From positions 32,001 to 96,000 of IMG/VR virus record IMGVR_UViG_3300033149_004566: 64,000 nucleotides of DNA; one strand, 5' to 3'. Position 1 is the stretch's first letter; every line of letters begins with the position of its first letter. A program made the position numbers and the translations under genes. The notes below the pieces were generated by a model, which was not told where the DNA came from, made no database searches, and worked only from the letters and a program-made list of their open reading frames with translations. The DNA is from a virus. This document shows, in pieces, positions 8,869-18,320 of this stretch.

Positions 8869-9279
8869 TTACCAGAATTTTAAAGACCTCGCACTGCTTT
8901 TTCTGGTTCGCGGGCTGTCGAAAACGAAGTCGCAGACCAGGTGATTTACCACGCCAAAGAAAGCCGCAACCGGTAGTATTATCAGATAGAAGTGAAGTAA
9001 CACTCCGGCCGCCCACGGGGCCGCGAAGATGAATGCCGCCGCGATTGAGTGGAAGTGTCCCCTGTGCTTGACATGACGCTTTAGGATTTTTCCGATGGGG
9101 GTTCTGGGGTGATCCCAGTCGGGGAATGTAACTCCGATGTAGTATGGGATTAGAGCCGCCATGATTAGAATTGCAAGGATGACATCAGATGGAGAGACCA
9201 CGAAGATTAGAATTGACGTCATTTGTGCAGCGACGGCGGCGAATGCGAGGTGTTCCATTAGATTTCCCATGGCAATCAT
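8869..9279 (-). CDS. Membrane-bound metal-dependent hydrolase (YdjM-like)
   Basis: N-terminal H, PDWDHP, HRGHFHS and HLVCD motifs; TM helices; GGAGG SD. Confidence 0.9.
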   Translation of the reverse strand: MIAMGNLMEHLAFAAVAAQMTSILIFVVSPSDVILAILIMAALIPYYIGVTFPDWDHPRTPIGKILKRHVKHRGHFHSIAAAFIFAAPWAAGVLLHFYLIILPVAAFFGVVNHLVCDFVFDSPRTRKSSARSLKFW

Positions 9280-9296
9280 TCCTCCGATTTTTCATT

Positions 9297-9410
9297 GGTG
9301 CGGATTTCGCACCCGGCTGCAGGCGGTTCTCTGAGAATTTTTTGGCCGGCTGGACGGCATTGTCTCGGGCCCGCCACCCCTAACATGGGCCCGACACGCC
9401 CCGTGACAAT
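9297..9410. other. GC-rich stem-loop cluster, possible structured RNA leader or DNA site
   Basis: GGTGCG/CGCACC (9297-9313); TCGGGCCC/GGGCCCGA (9365-9394); ATTGTC/GACAAT. Confidence 0.4.
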
Positions 9411-9549
9411 TGAAATAGGAATGCTGTAATTTTCCGGATGTTGATCTAGAGAAGATCTTCCGGATCGTATTTTTAGATTCATTCTATCACCATCCATCCC
9501 GTTTAAAACGGGTTGAATTCGTATTTTCCGAAACCCGGGGCTGCGAAAA

Positions 9550-9847
9550 TTTTTTTACGGTATTGGCGAATACCGTATAATCTTCGAGCAGGGAGAGGAT
9601 TTCGGCGCGATCTTTTCTATAAATGGATTTTCTCATTTTTTACGGTATTAACGGTATATAAATACCCCTTAAAAAATATTTTTTTTTTATTTTATAATAA
9701 TATATTCTATATATATATATATTAGTGCCCGTAATCCGTAATTCCTGAAATCGAGGAGAGACGACATTTTGGCCGTATCTCTCCGTAGATTGAAAGTTGC
9801 AAATTTATTACGGGCAATAACGGTAAATCGAGGAGAGACGAGATTTT
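9550..9847. repeat. AT-rich non-coding region with direct and inverted repeats (candidate origin or control region)
   Basis: AAATCGAGGAGAGACGA at 9748 and 9825; TACGGTATT at 9556 and 9641, inverted at 9569; GCCCGTAAT/ATTACGGGC at 9727/9807; near-pure AT at 9669-9724. Confidence 0.6.
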
Positions 9848-9851
9848 TGTC

Positions 9852-10313
9852 CTACCGCGTCATGTTGTCAAAATAGCATGTCTTGTATGCTTCGTTAGGG
9901 ACGTATAGGTCGTCTATTGGGTGGAACGTGATGCATTCCAAATTGCTGAAGTCCGCCATGAACTCGTCGAAGTCGAATTCGGGGTCGAATAGTGCGTTTT
10001 GTTGGATGTCTTTGAGTAGTTCTGACGTGAATGCGCGTTCGGGGTTGATGTTCTTGAATATGTCCCAGTATTTTTCGATGATTTTCTTGTCGTTTTCTGT
10101 TGGTTGCTTGCTGTTGTTGTTTTGCTGTTTTTTATTATTGGTTGTTCGCCGCATGTTTCTTTCAATCCTCGGCTGGTAATAGTGTCGCACGATTGCGCGA
10201 ATTGCATGAGCCCGGCTTTCAAAAACACCGGACTCGATGTCTCTTTGGAGTTCCTCATGGAACGCCTTAAGTAACCGCACCCTAATGTAGGGCCCAAACT
10301 GAGCGTATGTCAA
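9852..10313 (-). CDS. Ribbon-helix-helix (CopG/Arc-like) DNA-binding protein with C-terminal domain
   Basis: IRVRL....EEL...IESGVFESRAHAIRAIVR. Confidence 0.75.
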   Translation of the reverse strand: MTYAQFGPYIRVRLLKAFHEELQRDIESGVFESRAHAIRAIVRHYYQPRIERNMRRTTNNKKQQNNNSKQPTENDKKIIEKYWDIFKNINPERAFTSELLKDIQQNALFDPEFDFDEFMADFSNLECITFHPIDDLYVPNEAYKTCYFDNMTR

Positions 10314-10315
10314 AT

Positions 10316-10370
10316 CTATACCCCAAGTTGGTATAGGGTTATGCCAACTCTATACCCTATTTTGGTACAA
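10316..10370. promoter_or_regulatory. Two tandem imperfect palindromes, candidate operator
   Basis: CTATACC-n7-GGTATAG (10316-10336) and CTATACC-n7-GGTACAA (10350-10370), directly upstream of the RHH gene. Confidence 0.55.
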
Positions 10371-10684
10371 GTTTTTTTATGCCCAATCACATATATAAAT
10401 GTTTCGGTCACCGAAAGATTTATATAGGATGAAATACTATATTACTCTAGGTATGTTAAATTTCTTCGGATATTATTATATTTATAAAAAGCCATCTCTT
10501 CGAGAGCGGTCTGGAGAGCATTCTGATGATCATGGAAGAGACACGGCGAAATTTAAAGGAGGCAAGACATCACGAGTGAATTGATAAAGTGCCCGGAATG
10601 CGGCGAGTCGTATTATCTCGACGAGCTGGTACGGGTTAAATACAAGGATAGAGAGATTGACGTCAGTACTAAATAATTTGGGAG

Positions 10685-11422
10685 ATGCCCGGCGTGTCTA
10701 AATGCAAGGTATGCGATCAGCCGTTCACGGCCGAGATGGAGCGGCTGCGGCTAAAGCTGCCAGTCCTCTCGTATGACCGCGTCCGCGAATGGTTGCGCGT
10801 CAAGCACAACTTTAGCGTGTCCAGAGATACCTTGATACGCCACTTCAGAGAGCATGTCAGAGCTCCCGAAAATAATTCGTGCAAGATCTGTGCCGCAGGC
10901 CTCGCCGATGAAATTGCTAATTTTGTCATGAAAGGGGCCCACCCATCGATCATCGCACGGTTCTGCCGCGAAAAAGGACACGACATAAAGGAGCCTGATG
11001 TTCATTCCCACCTGGAGCACATGGAGGTCGAAGATAATGAAGACCACGTCGTGGCCGCCCGGGTGGTGGAATTAGAGACAAAGAGAGACCTCAGATCACT
11101 AGACGAAATCGAGGAACTCGGAAAATTGATCTATAAACGAATGGACAGGATCAAAAGGCTCGAAGAAAGGGTGGAATCGGTAACGGGCCCCGACTCCAAA
11201 ACGCTAAAAGAAATCGACGCGCTGCAAAAAAACCTGATCGAATACCACAAGCTAAGGCAAAACATCGGGCAGATCGATACCGTGCAAAAAGCACAGCTTA
11301 ACATGGTTCTAATTCAGCAGGTATCAACGCTGCCAAAAGAACGCGTCAGCGATCTCGTCAATCTATTAAAATCTAAACTCGGCATGGAGGATAAAGAAAT
11401 TCCTAAAATATCCGTTAAATAG
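10685..11422 (+). CDS. Putative terminase small subunit with two CxxC...HxxxH Zn/HTH modules
   Basis: CKVC...RHFREH and CKIC...SHLEH plus coiled coil; first large gene of the virion operon. Confidence 0.65.
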   Translation: MPGVSKCKVCDQPFTAEMERLRLKLPVLSYDRVREWLRVKHNFSVSRDTLIRHFREHVRAPENNSCKICAAGLADEIANFVMKGAHPSIIARFCREKGHDIKEPDVHSHLEHMEVEDNEDHVVAARVVELETKRDLRSLDEIEELGKLIYKRMDRIKRLEERVESVTGPDSKTLKEIDALQKNLIEYHKLRQNIGQIDTVQKAQLNMVLIQQVSTLPKERVSDLVNLLKSKLGMEDKEIPKISVK

Positions 11423-11514
11423 GTGCAAACGCGCTTGAAATCGTTTATTTTTATATGGATACCCCCCATGCCCTTTCATGAGAGAAAAATTTTTAAAACA
11501 CGGACGACGAAAAG

Positions 11515-12231
11515 ATGAATAATGAAATTTACCTCAACGAGGCGCTCCGCCTGTATCTTGACGAGTATGACTTCATGACCTGGGGGCCGGAGAAGTGGAA
11601 GAGCCACATCGAGCATGCGAAGCTCAAGGAGCAGCACGGTGCTTTGAAGAAGGCCGCGAGGGAAAGATACACGGCTGCCAAGAAGCAGCGTGAGGAGCTG
11701 CTCAAGGCCAGGTACGGTGGCGTCACGGGCAAGAAGATACATAAGGAGGCGAGGAAGGTTCTCAGGCAGAAGAAAAAGTACCGCAAGGCGTCTGAGAGTG
11801 CCGCCAAGCATGCAGAAAGGATTTCCGGTTTTTCCGGCGCGCTAAAGGCCGCGCAAGAGCTCAAGAATAAGAGAATCGCCAAAAAGCTCGAAAAGAAAGT
11901 GCAAAGGGCGCGGCGAAAGGGCGAGGCCGCCATCAAAAAACACGCGGAGCTATCGCAACAGCGCGCCGCCGCGAGAATTGCGGCCGGAAGATTCAGGAAG
12001 CCGGCCAAGGAAAAAGTCCCAAAATTCAAGCAGTGGCTCGCCGAAAGAAACAAGCCGCCGGTTGCGGGCGCCGCCACGAAGAAAAAAGGACGGTCGAAAA
12101 TATCTGAGTCCACGCGGAGATTTAAACTCATCGGCAAGAACAAGCCGAAGAAGGTCAAGGCGTCATCCGATGACAACTTTGACGCCGAAAAAATCTTGAG
12201 AAGCGTGACACGCCACACGAAGGGCCTGTGA
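11515..12231 (+). CDS. Highly basic Lys/Arg/Ala-rich protein (candidate internal head protein)
   Basis: Composition; N-terminus MNNEIYLNEALRLYLDEY. Confidence 0.7.
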   Translation: MNNEIYLNEALRLYLDEYDFMTWGPEKWKSHIEHAKLKEQHGALKKAARERYTAAKKQREELLKARYGGVTGKKIHKEARKVLRQKKKYRKASESAAKHAERISGFSGALKAAQELKNKRIAKKLEKKVQRARRKGEAAIKKHAELSQQRAAARIAAGRFRKPAKEKVPKFKQWLAERNKPPVAGAATKKKGRSKISESTRRFKLIGKNKPKKVKASSDDNFDAEKILRSVTRHTKGL

Positions 12232-13011
12232 TGAACGTCAAAATCTACGCGAACGAAGCCGTGCAACTCCGCGTCGAGCAATACGGCGGAATCCTGGATC
12301 GCATCCTCGGAAGAACGCCGGAACGGCTCCGAAAAAAAGGCCGAGAAAGAACGGAAAAAACAGGAGTACGCGGCGCACCGGAAAAAAATCCTCGGGCCAT
12401 ATGAAAAAAAAATGAGAGAGTACAGCGAGCGGCTGAGGGCAATCGGCCCCGGAAACGTGACCGGCAAGAAAGCCCTCAAGCGCGCGAGAAAAACCATGAA
12501 AAATGAGAAAAAACTGCAAAAACTCGGTAAAAAGCGCGAGAAAGCCGCCGAAACCCTGCAGAAATGGCAGGCGGCCAGCGAAGCCGCGAGAAACCTCGGC
12601 GGAAGAAAGGGCGAGAAAATCCGGGCGCGAATAAAGAAGGGCACCAAAAAACACCACGAAAAGCATGAGGACATCATCAGAAAACACGTTGGCGCGGTGA
12701 CATCCCATGAGCGCGCCAAGGAAGTTGTTAAAAAGTTTAAAGAGCCCCAGAAGCCGAACGTGCCGTCGTTCGGGCAGTTCAAGGCCGGAAAACCCGCGCC
12801 GGCATCGAAACCGGTGTCGAAAATTGCGAGATCCACGCAGAGACTGCGCGCGGTAGTTCAAAAACCAGTTCAAAAACCAGTTCAAAAACCAGCTCAAGTT
12901 CCGCAGCGGAAGCCGATCCCTCCGGGTTATAAACCCAGGCATTTCAGGACTTACGGCTCGGTCGTTCACAAGCCGAAATATACCGTGAAAGGATTAAACG
13001 TGGGTGATTGA
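12231..13011 (+). CDS. Highly basic protein interrupted by a +1 frame change at an A7 run (12332-12338)
   Basis: TGATG-coupled start MNVKIYANEAVQLRVEQY is paralogous to 11515; continues in the frame of ORF 12412-13011. Confidence 0.65.
12856..12891 (+). repeat. 3x 12-bp tandem repeat GTTCAAAAACCA (VQKP)
   Basis: Seen directly. Confidence 0.95.
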
Positions 13012-13394
13012 TCATGTCCATGGATTACGTCAAGGCGCAGCTGTATTCTTCCATCATAGCGGAGCTCTCGAAGCTCGACATCAACACGTTGACGCAGATC
13101 CTTGCGATCATCCGGCGCATTCCAATACAGGAATTTGAAGCTCCGGAAGTCACCATAGAAGGCGTGACTGCACAAGACGCGTGTAATAGGTCTCTGGACT
13201 ATGCAGACTGCATGGAAGAGTTCCACAGGCGCCTCAGAAAGCAGAGAAAATACCTCATAGAAGAATACGAAAAAGTCTATCCAGAGGCAAAGGCCAAGAA
13301 AAAAAAGAAAAAGGTCACGAGATCAAAAAAGAAACAGGCCGCCCTGACCACGCTGGCAATGCTGGCATCGAGGGCCGCGGCCGCATTTAGGTGA
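13008..13394 (+). CDS. Hypothetical basic protein
   Basis: Coupled ORF with poly-K tail. Confidence 0.65.
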   Translation: MIMSMDYVKAQLYSSIIAELSKLDINTLTQILAIIRRIPIQEFEAPEVTIEGVTAQDACNRSLDYADCMEEFHRRLRKQRKYLIEEYEKVYPEAKAKKKKKKVTRSKKKQAALTTLAMLASRAAAAFR

Positions 13395-14170
13395 AATTAA
13401 TGATAGATAAAGGCGTGAAAAAAATAAACGACGATTACATCGTTAGGCAGCTCGAGCTCAGCCCCGAACTGAAATGGGCCATTCCGAAGCCCGATAAATA
13501 CGAAGAAATCGCGGAAAATTATGGTAGAAAAAATCCGGAGCCCGGCAAGATAATTGCCGTTCAAAGGGAAAGGCCCGTCACGTTGTCAGCGGAAAAACAC
13601 GAATACATGGACGGCGCGGTCGAAAAATTGAATGAAGAGGCCGTCGACTTCATGGACGAAATATACCCGTACATGCTCGAGTCAAAAGTAAAAAAGAAAA
13701 AGTCGTCTCCGGCAAGATCTACGGCCAATCCGTCGGGCATTCCTGCCGTCAAGGCGACGGTCAAGGGGTTCGAGGACGATCCATCCATAGAAGAGTACGG
13801 CTTGTTCGACCTCGTCAGCAGGCTGCGCTTTCGGAGCACTGAGAAAAAAATTAAAAGACGCCGTGAAAAACTCAAGAGCCTGAAAGAAAAACAAAGAGAG
13901 CACGAAAAAGGCACAAAAAAACATGGGAGAATTTCCAGGAGACTACGGAGAACAAAAGAGGAAATCGAGGCCCGCGAGAGAAAACAGGGCGAGCGCATCA
14001 TGAAATATTATAATAAATATAAGAAAAAATACGGCAAGGGAAAAGAAGTAAGCAAGAAAAAAGGTTTTCAAGAATTGGTGCGCAAGTTGGCAAGAGGAGA
14101 AGAGAGTGCCAAGAAACAGGCCGTGACGTCCAAGATTAAAAAACAATATAGGAGTGGCGGCGTTGCCTGA
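13391..14170 (+). CDS. Hypothetical protein with basic C-terminal half
   Basis: Coupled ORF. Confidence 0.7.
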   Translation: MKLMIDKGVKKINDDYIVRQLELSPELKWAIPKPDKYEEIAENYGRKNPEPGKIIAVQRERPVTLSAEKHEYMDGAVEKLNEEAVDFMDEIYPYMLESKVKKKKSSPARSTANPSGIPAVKATVKGFEDDPSIEEYGLFDLVSRLRFRSTEKKIKRRREKLKSLKEKQREHEKGTKKHGRISRRLRRTKEEIEARERKQGERIMKYYNKYKKKYGKGKEVSKKKGFQELVRKLARGEESAKKQAVTSKIKKQYRSGGVA

Positions 14171-14435
14171 AACGTGGATTTTAAATGGTAGGATTGTTAC
14201 CATGCCGGATGATTGGCGCGAAAGAGAGGTGGACACGAGCCTGATGATATACGAGAACGATTACGGCACCGATTACGACATGCCGTGGCTGGAAAAAATC
14301 CACGTGTCCATGTCCGATGACCAGATCTTGCGCGTGATTGAAAACGAGGATCCGGATCTTTTCTCCGTGACTCGGGTCACGAAAGGAAAGATAGACGCCG
14401 ATCCATCAATATTGACCAAAATGAGGGAATTCTAA
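14154..14435 (+). CDS. Hypothetical acidic protein
   Basis: Coupled ORF. Confidence 0.6.
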   Translation: MAALPETWILNGRIVTMPDDWREREVDTSLMIYENDYGTDYDMPWLEKIHVSMSDDQILRVIENEDPDLFSVTRVTKGKIDADPSILTKMREF

Positions 14436-14578
14436 TGACTGTTACAATGACTTTATACAATACTAAAGCTGAATTTGACACGGCTGCTGCCGAAGTTAGT
14501 TCTTCTGACATTGTCAATGCTGGCGTGGCACAGCGATACCCTGGCAAGCTCGTGTATTACTTGGTAGTGAAATCTTAA
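14435..14578 (+). CDS. 47-aa microprotein (not in ORF track)
   Basis: MTVTMTLYNTKAEFDTAAAEV...YYLVVKS; TAATG-coupled at both ends. Confidence 0.7.
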   Translation: MTVTMTLYNTKAEFDTAAAEVSSSDIVNAGVAQRYPGKLVYYLVVKS

Positions 14579-17124
14579 TGACCGAACTGGTTGGAAAGCC
14601 CCCAGAAAAGCGCGATGAGCCCGGGGATTCAAAACAGTGGAATCTCCGCCGGCAAAAGGGACGCCCGGTTCCGTTTTCCGCAGAAATATACGAGCCGCAA
14701 ATGCAATACATTCCCATAGAGGAAATGATGGCGCGGCTCCGGACTAAGGGATACTTCAACAAGGAGCCGAAACGAAAAAAGGATTCCTTGCGCGATTACG
14801 GCGGAAACACCGACGAACGGAGATTTGATGCGAACAAGACCGGGCCGCCGCTGACAAAGAAAAAGCGCGGCGAGGCATGGTCTGATAGATACGTTGCTAA
14901 ATACATGGAAGAAGATGACATCGTTCAATCTGTCGAAGAATACGCGATTTTTGGAAGGGCGGAGAGAAAAAGAAAGGAAGCTAAAGAGCTCTATGCCAGG
15001 CCGGCAAGCTCTCTGGCGCGAAAAAAATTCGAGACATACCTGCAAAAATCAACTCACGTGGCTGGAACCAAGGCTCCATCCATTATAGAGGCTAACAAGC
15101 ATCTGATGACAAAGCTAAAGGGCGAGGGAGGATTCCAAGCCGTTTCGACAAAAAAATTAAAAAAATATCTCGAAGAGCACGCAAAGAGCGTTGAGAGCGC
15201 GTATGCCGGTGCCAAGATAAAGCCGGCAAACATCAAGGAGGGCATCGAAGAGATCCTTCAAATGAAGCGAAATCTACCCCTGGTCACCGGAACTAAAGCC
15301 CAAAAATTAGCAGGGCTTGGGCACAAAATAAAACAAACCGAAGCCGGCGTCAAGGTATCGGGCGGAAAGTTTAGAGACAGGAAGTACATTCCGGAGCCGT
15401 TAAAAAAGAGTGGAATGATTTCATTCGGCCAGGTTGAAGACATGCAGGAGCTCATGTCGAATTACAGCATCGGTAATCTCAAGATAGGTGCGAGGCCTTC
15501 TCTTCCGGAAAACACGATGATGAGCGACATCGTTACTTTCAACAAGGAGGCATTGAAGCGCGGCGAGGCCGTCATGGAAATAAATCCAAAATACAGGTCG
15601 ATGTTGACGAAAACCGAGTTGAAAACCATCACTAGAAAGGCGAAGAGCATTTTTGACCTTAAAAAATTGTCCGTGGAGCTGGAGCGAAAGCCCGAAGTTG
15701 GGGTCTTCTTTGACAAGTACAGGAAAAAAGCGGTCAACAAGATGAAAAATTATTGGAAGGCGCAGTACGACATGTATTTTGAAAGTCGATCCAATTGGAT
15801 AAGCAGCTCCAACGAAGCATTGAGCGGCAGAAATCCGTTGGTTGAGGCGGGCCTTCCGGAAGATTATAAAAGTCCCGGATTCACGACTCCTTTCATGATG
15901 ACCGACTCGTCCGTCAGGCTTGAAGAGTGGTCTCCTTTGACCGGAGATCCGTCTTCCGTGGAAACATACCTCGGATCCGATTGGGAATACGCGCCTCTAG
16001 TGAGCAACATGGTGAAAAATGCCATTAGCATGTTGCCGCAGATGAGTGACGAGGACAGGCAGCGAAACGTCGCCAAGTTCACGGCCGTTGCCATGCAGAT
16101 GTGCGGGATGTATTTCGATCCGGATTATCCGCCCGTTGCATTCTTTCCGAAGTCCGAAAGAAAGCGGGTTGCGGAACTGGACAGGCAGATCGTGGACATC
16201 GAGAAAGTCGTGGCGAGGGATTGGTCAAAGTATCCCGACATGAAGAAAAGATACGACAAATTGAGGGACGAATGGGTCGATTTGTCCAAGAGATATAGAG
16301 AAGCATTGATGAATTCAATGTTGAAAGCGGGAGAGGGTGGCGTTGCTAACGTATTATCATATACCATTGATAGAAACGATCCTCAAATCGTGCAGTGGGA
16401 CGAAATCGTGCAGGGGTTTCGGAGAGTGATGTCGACCAAGGAGAACGAGATGCGGGAGCTCGAATACAAGCTCTTGGGATATATGGATCCGTCCAAGCGC
16501 GATCATCTCAAAAAATTAAAGGACATGAGAAAAAACATTGCCGCAAAGTTGGACATCAAGGATTATCTGAGTTCAAATCCGATCAGTTTTGATGTCAAGA
16601 ATGACGTGATCGAAAACCTCAAGAGAGTTTACGAGGAAACCATGTCGTTTGCCAATCATTTCAACATTGATCCCGACATTGCAAGCGCGGGGTTGGAAAA
16701 ATTGATAGTGAAGAAAAAACGAAGGTTTAGATCTTCAAAATACGAGCCGCTGGATGTAAAAAAGATGTATGAAAGCGTGGCACAGTACGAAGTCGATGAT
16801 AAGGGCAATAAGAAAGAAAATGTCAAGAGCAAAAAAACCGAGACCGCGGAGGAAGATCGTGCCACTACAAGATTAAAAGAACTGGCATTAAAAGCTTCGC
16901 AGACCATACCGAAGCCGATGCCGACCCAGCAATCTTTATTGGACATACAATTATTCCTTCAGCAAAATCCGGTTAGCGATGATCCGGCCGTTAATGAGGA
17001 AGTCTACAAGCACCTCGAAAACCTGGCCGGCATAGCACAGGCCGTTGCACAAAAAACTGGAAACTGTTACGTGATAAAAAGAGTGACGTGTGGCGGCGTT
17101 GAGGGGGGCGTTCAGGCTGAATGA
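14578..17124 (+). CDS. Large hypothetical protein (848 aa)
   Basis: Long open frame; charged and helical; no recognised family. Confidence 0.8.
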   Translation: MTELVGKPPEKRDEPGDSKQWNLRRQKGRPVPFSAEIYEPQMQYIPIEEMMARLRTKGYFNKEPKRKKDSLRDYGGNTDERRFDANKTGPPLTKKKRGEAWSDRYVAKYMEEDDIVQSVEEYAIFGRAERKRKEAKELYARPASSLARKKFETYLQKSTHVAGTKAPSIIEANKHLMTKLKGEGGFQAVSTKKLKKYLEEHAKSVESAYAGAKIKPANIKEGIEEILQMKRNLPLVTGTKAQKLAGLGHKIKQTEAGVKVSGGKFRDRKYIPEPLKKSGMISFGQVEDMQELMSNYSIGNLKIGARPSLPENTMMSDIVTFNKEALKRGEAVMEINPKYRSMLTKTELKTITRKAKSIFDLKKLSVELERKPEVGVFFDKYRKKAVNKMKNYWKAQYDMYFESRSNWISSSNEALSGRNPLVEAGLPEDYKSPGFTTPFMMTDSSVRLEEWSPLTGDPSSVETYLGSDWEYAPLVSNMVKNAISMLPQMSDEDRQRNVAKFTAVAMQMCGMYFDPDYPPVAFFPKSERKRVAELDRQIVDIEKVVARDWSKYPDMKKRYDKLRDEWVDLSKRYREALMNSMLKAGEGGVANVLSYTIDRNDPQIVQWDEIVQGFRRVMSTKENEMRELEYKLLGYMDPSKRDHLKKLKDMRKNIAAKLDIKDYLSSNPISFDVKNDVIENLKRVYEETMSFANHFNIDPDIASAGLEKLIVKKKRRFRSSKYEPLDVKKMYESVAQYEVDDKGNKKENVKSKKTETAEEDRATTRLKELALKASQTIPKPMPTQQSLLDIQLFLQQNPVSDDPAVNEEVYKHLENLAGIAQAVAQKTGNCYVIKRVTCGGVEGGVQAE

Positions 17125-17635
17125 GGCGTTTCCCGATTCTAACATTAAAAAGGTGAAAAAAGAATTAAAAAAAGAAGAGCGCGGTGAAAAAAAATTGAAA
17201 CAACAATTTGTCACTAAAGATAGAAAGGTCATGTTGGGCAAGGAGAGCAAGATTGGGCCAATTTCTGAGGCTCTTGAAGATTTCATTTCAAATCAACAGT
17301 ACGATGAGGCCGCCGAATATAAATTCGTTGATAAAACGCCGGATATTCCGATAAAGTTCATGCCCGGGTTGACATGCAATGCGTCAGACTCTTTCTATTA
17401 TGGAATGGGAGTTTATCCTGGACAGGCGGCTTGTGCCATGTACGAGAGATTCGGCATGTGTGGTAACTGTCCGAATGCCATCATGATGATGTCGCATCCG
17501 CTTAAAAAACCCAGCAGGCCATCGATAAGCAAGCGATATCCCGGCGAGGTTTCGGAGGGAATGATAAAAGTTCCCATGGATGAAATGAATTCCGTAAAGA
17601 ACAGCGGAGGCCGCCAAAAATCAAGAAAAAAATGA
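17090..17635 (+). CDS. Hypothetical protein with Cys cluster
   Basis: C...C...CGNCP. Confidence 0.6.
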   Translation: MAALRGAFRLNEAFPDSNIKKVKKELKKEERGEKKLKQQFVTKDRKVMLGKESKIGPISEALEDFISNQQYDEAAEYKFVDKTPDIPIKFMPGLTCNASDSFYYGMGVYPGQAACAMYERFGMCGNCPNAIMMMSHPLKKPSRPSISKRYPGEVSEGMIKVPMDEMNSVKNSGGRQKSRKK

Positions 17636-17934
17636 AAGAATCCGAATACATGGAGTCCAATCCTGTAATACTCGACATGATACAGCAAGAAATGTGGGTA
17701 AGGGCTAGAAACAATCCCCAGCTCGGAAAAATGATGTACATGGAAAACATCAAGCTTCCGAAAAAAAAAATTTACCTTGAAAGCGGGTTGAGAAGAGAAA
17801 TACCGGTTGACGTGAAGCCCACGTTTAGCAGCCGATTGGATAGGATTTTGGCAAGGGGATTTGCTGGCACGAAATTGGAAGATGACTTTGTAAAATTGTT
17901 CTATGGGGGTAAGTTACCATCGAAGAAAAGTTGA
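17632..17934 (+). CDS. Hypothetical protein
   Basis: ATGA coupling. Confidence 0.6.
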   Translation: MKESEYMESNPVILDMIQQEMWVRARNNPQLGKMMYMENIKLPKKKIYLESGLRREIPVDVKPTFSSRLDRILARGFAGTKLEDDFVKLFYGGKLPSKKS

Positions 17935-18320
17935 TTGAAAAGGGCATGTGCCCTATTAGAGCCCCACATAGAGCTAAAAAAATACGTGCCATGATTTCCG
18001 AGTTTGGATTTCGGATAGGCGACCCCGAGCTCAGATCTCCTTTAACTATGGACTTGCTTTTGAAAAATAGAGAAAAAATTCAAAAACAAATTGCCGAAGA
18101 AACGTCAGAAACTGCTCTGGAAATGCTGAATAAATCTCTAAATAAATTGAATGACAGGATAAAGTATCGCGAGGAAATGTTGCGGACGGTTTTATATCCG
18201 AAGGGTAAAGTTCCTTTCTCGATACAAAAAAAGTTTCCGATGTCGTTCTGGTCTACTAAAGGTGGGTTGAGAAATGTTCAAACGGTTGGTGTGAGAAGGC
18301 GTGGACGTAAGAAGCATTAG
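17931..18320 (+). CDS. Hypothetical protein
   Basis: Coupled ORF. Confidence 0.6.
   Translation: MIEKGMCPIRAPHRAKKIRAMISEFGFRIGDPELRSPLTMDLLLKNREKIQKQIAEETSETALEMLNKSLNKLNDRIKYREEMLRTVLYPKGKVPFSIQKKFPMSFWSTKGGLRNVQTVGVRRRGRKKH

Noticed and set aside
9297-9410. Cobalamin riboswitch, tRNA or HDV ribozyme
   Set aside because: GGTG..AATCC and GCCCCGC-like pieces lie on opposite strands; no cloverleaf or nested pseudoknot could be built by eye
9748-9847. Mini CRISPR array
   Set aside because: Only two 17-bp copies 77 bp apart; no cas genes
12229-12411. Stop read-through joining 11515-12231 to 12412-13011 (same frame)
   Set aside because: Tandem TGA TGA stops; the alternative frame has a homologous N-terminus
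11529-12969. Long antisense ORFs (435 aa, 243 aa)
   Set aside because: Phe/Leu-rich shadows of Lys-rich plus-strand genes
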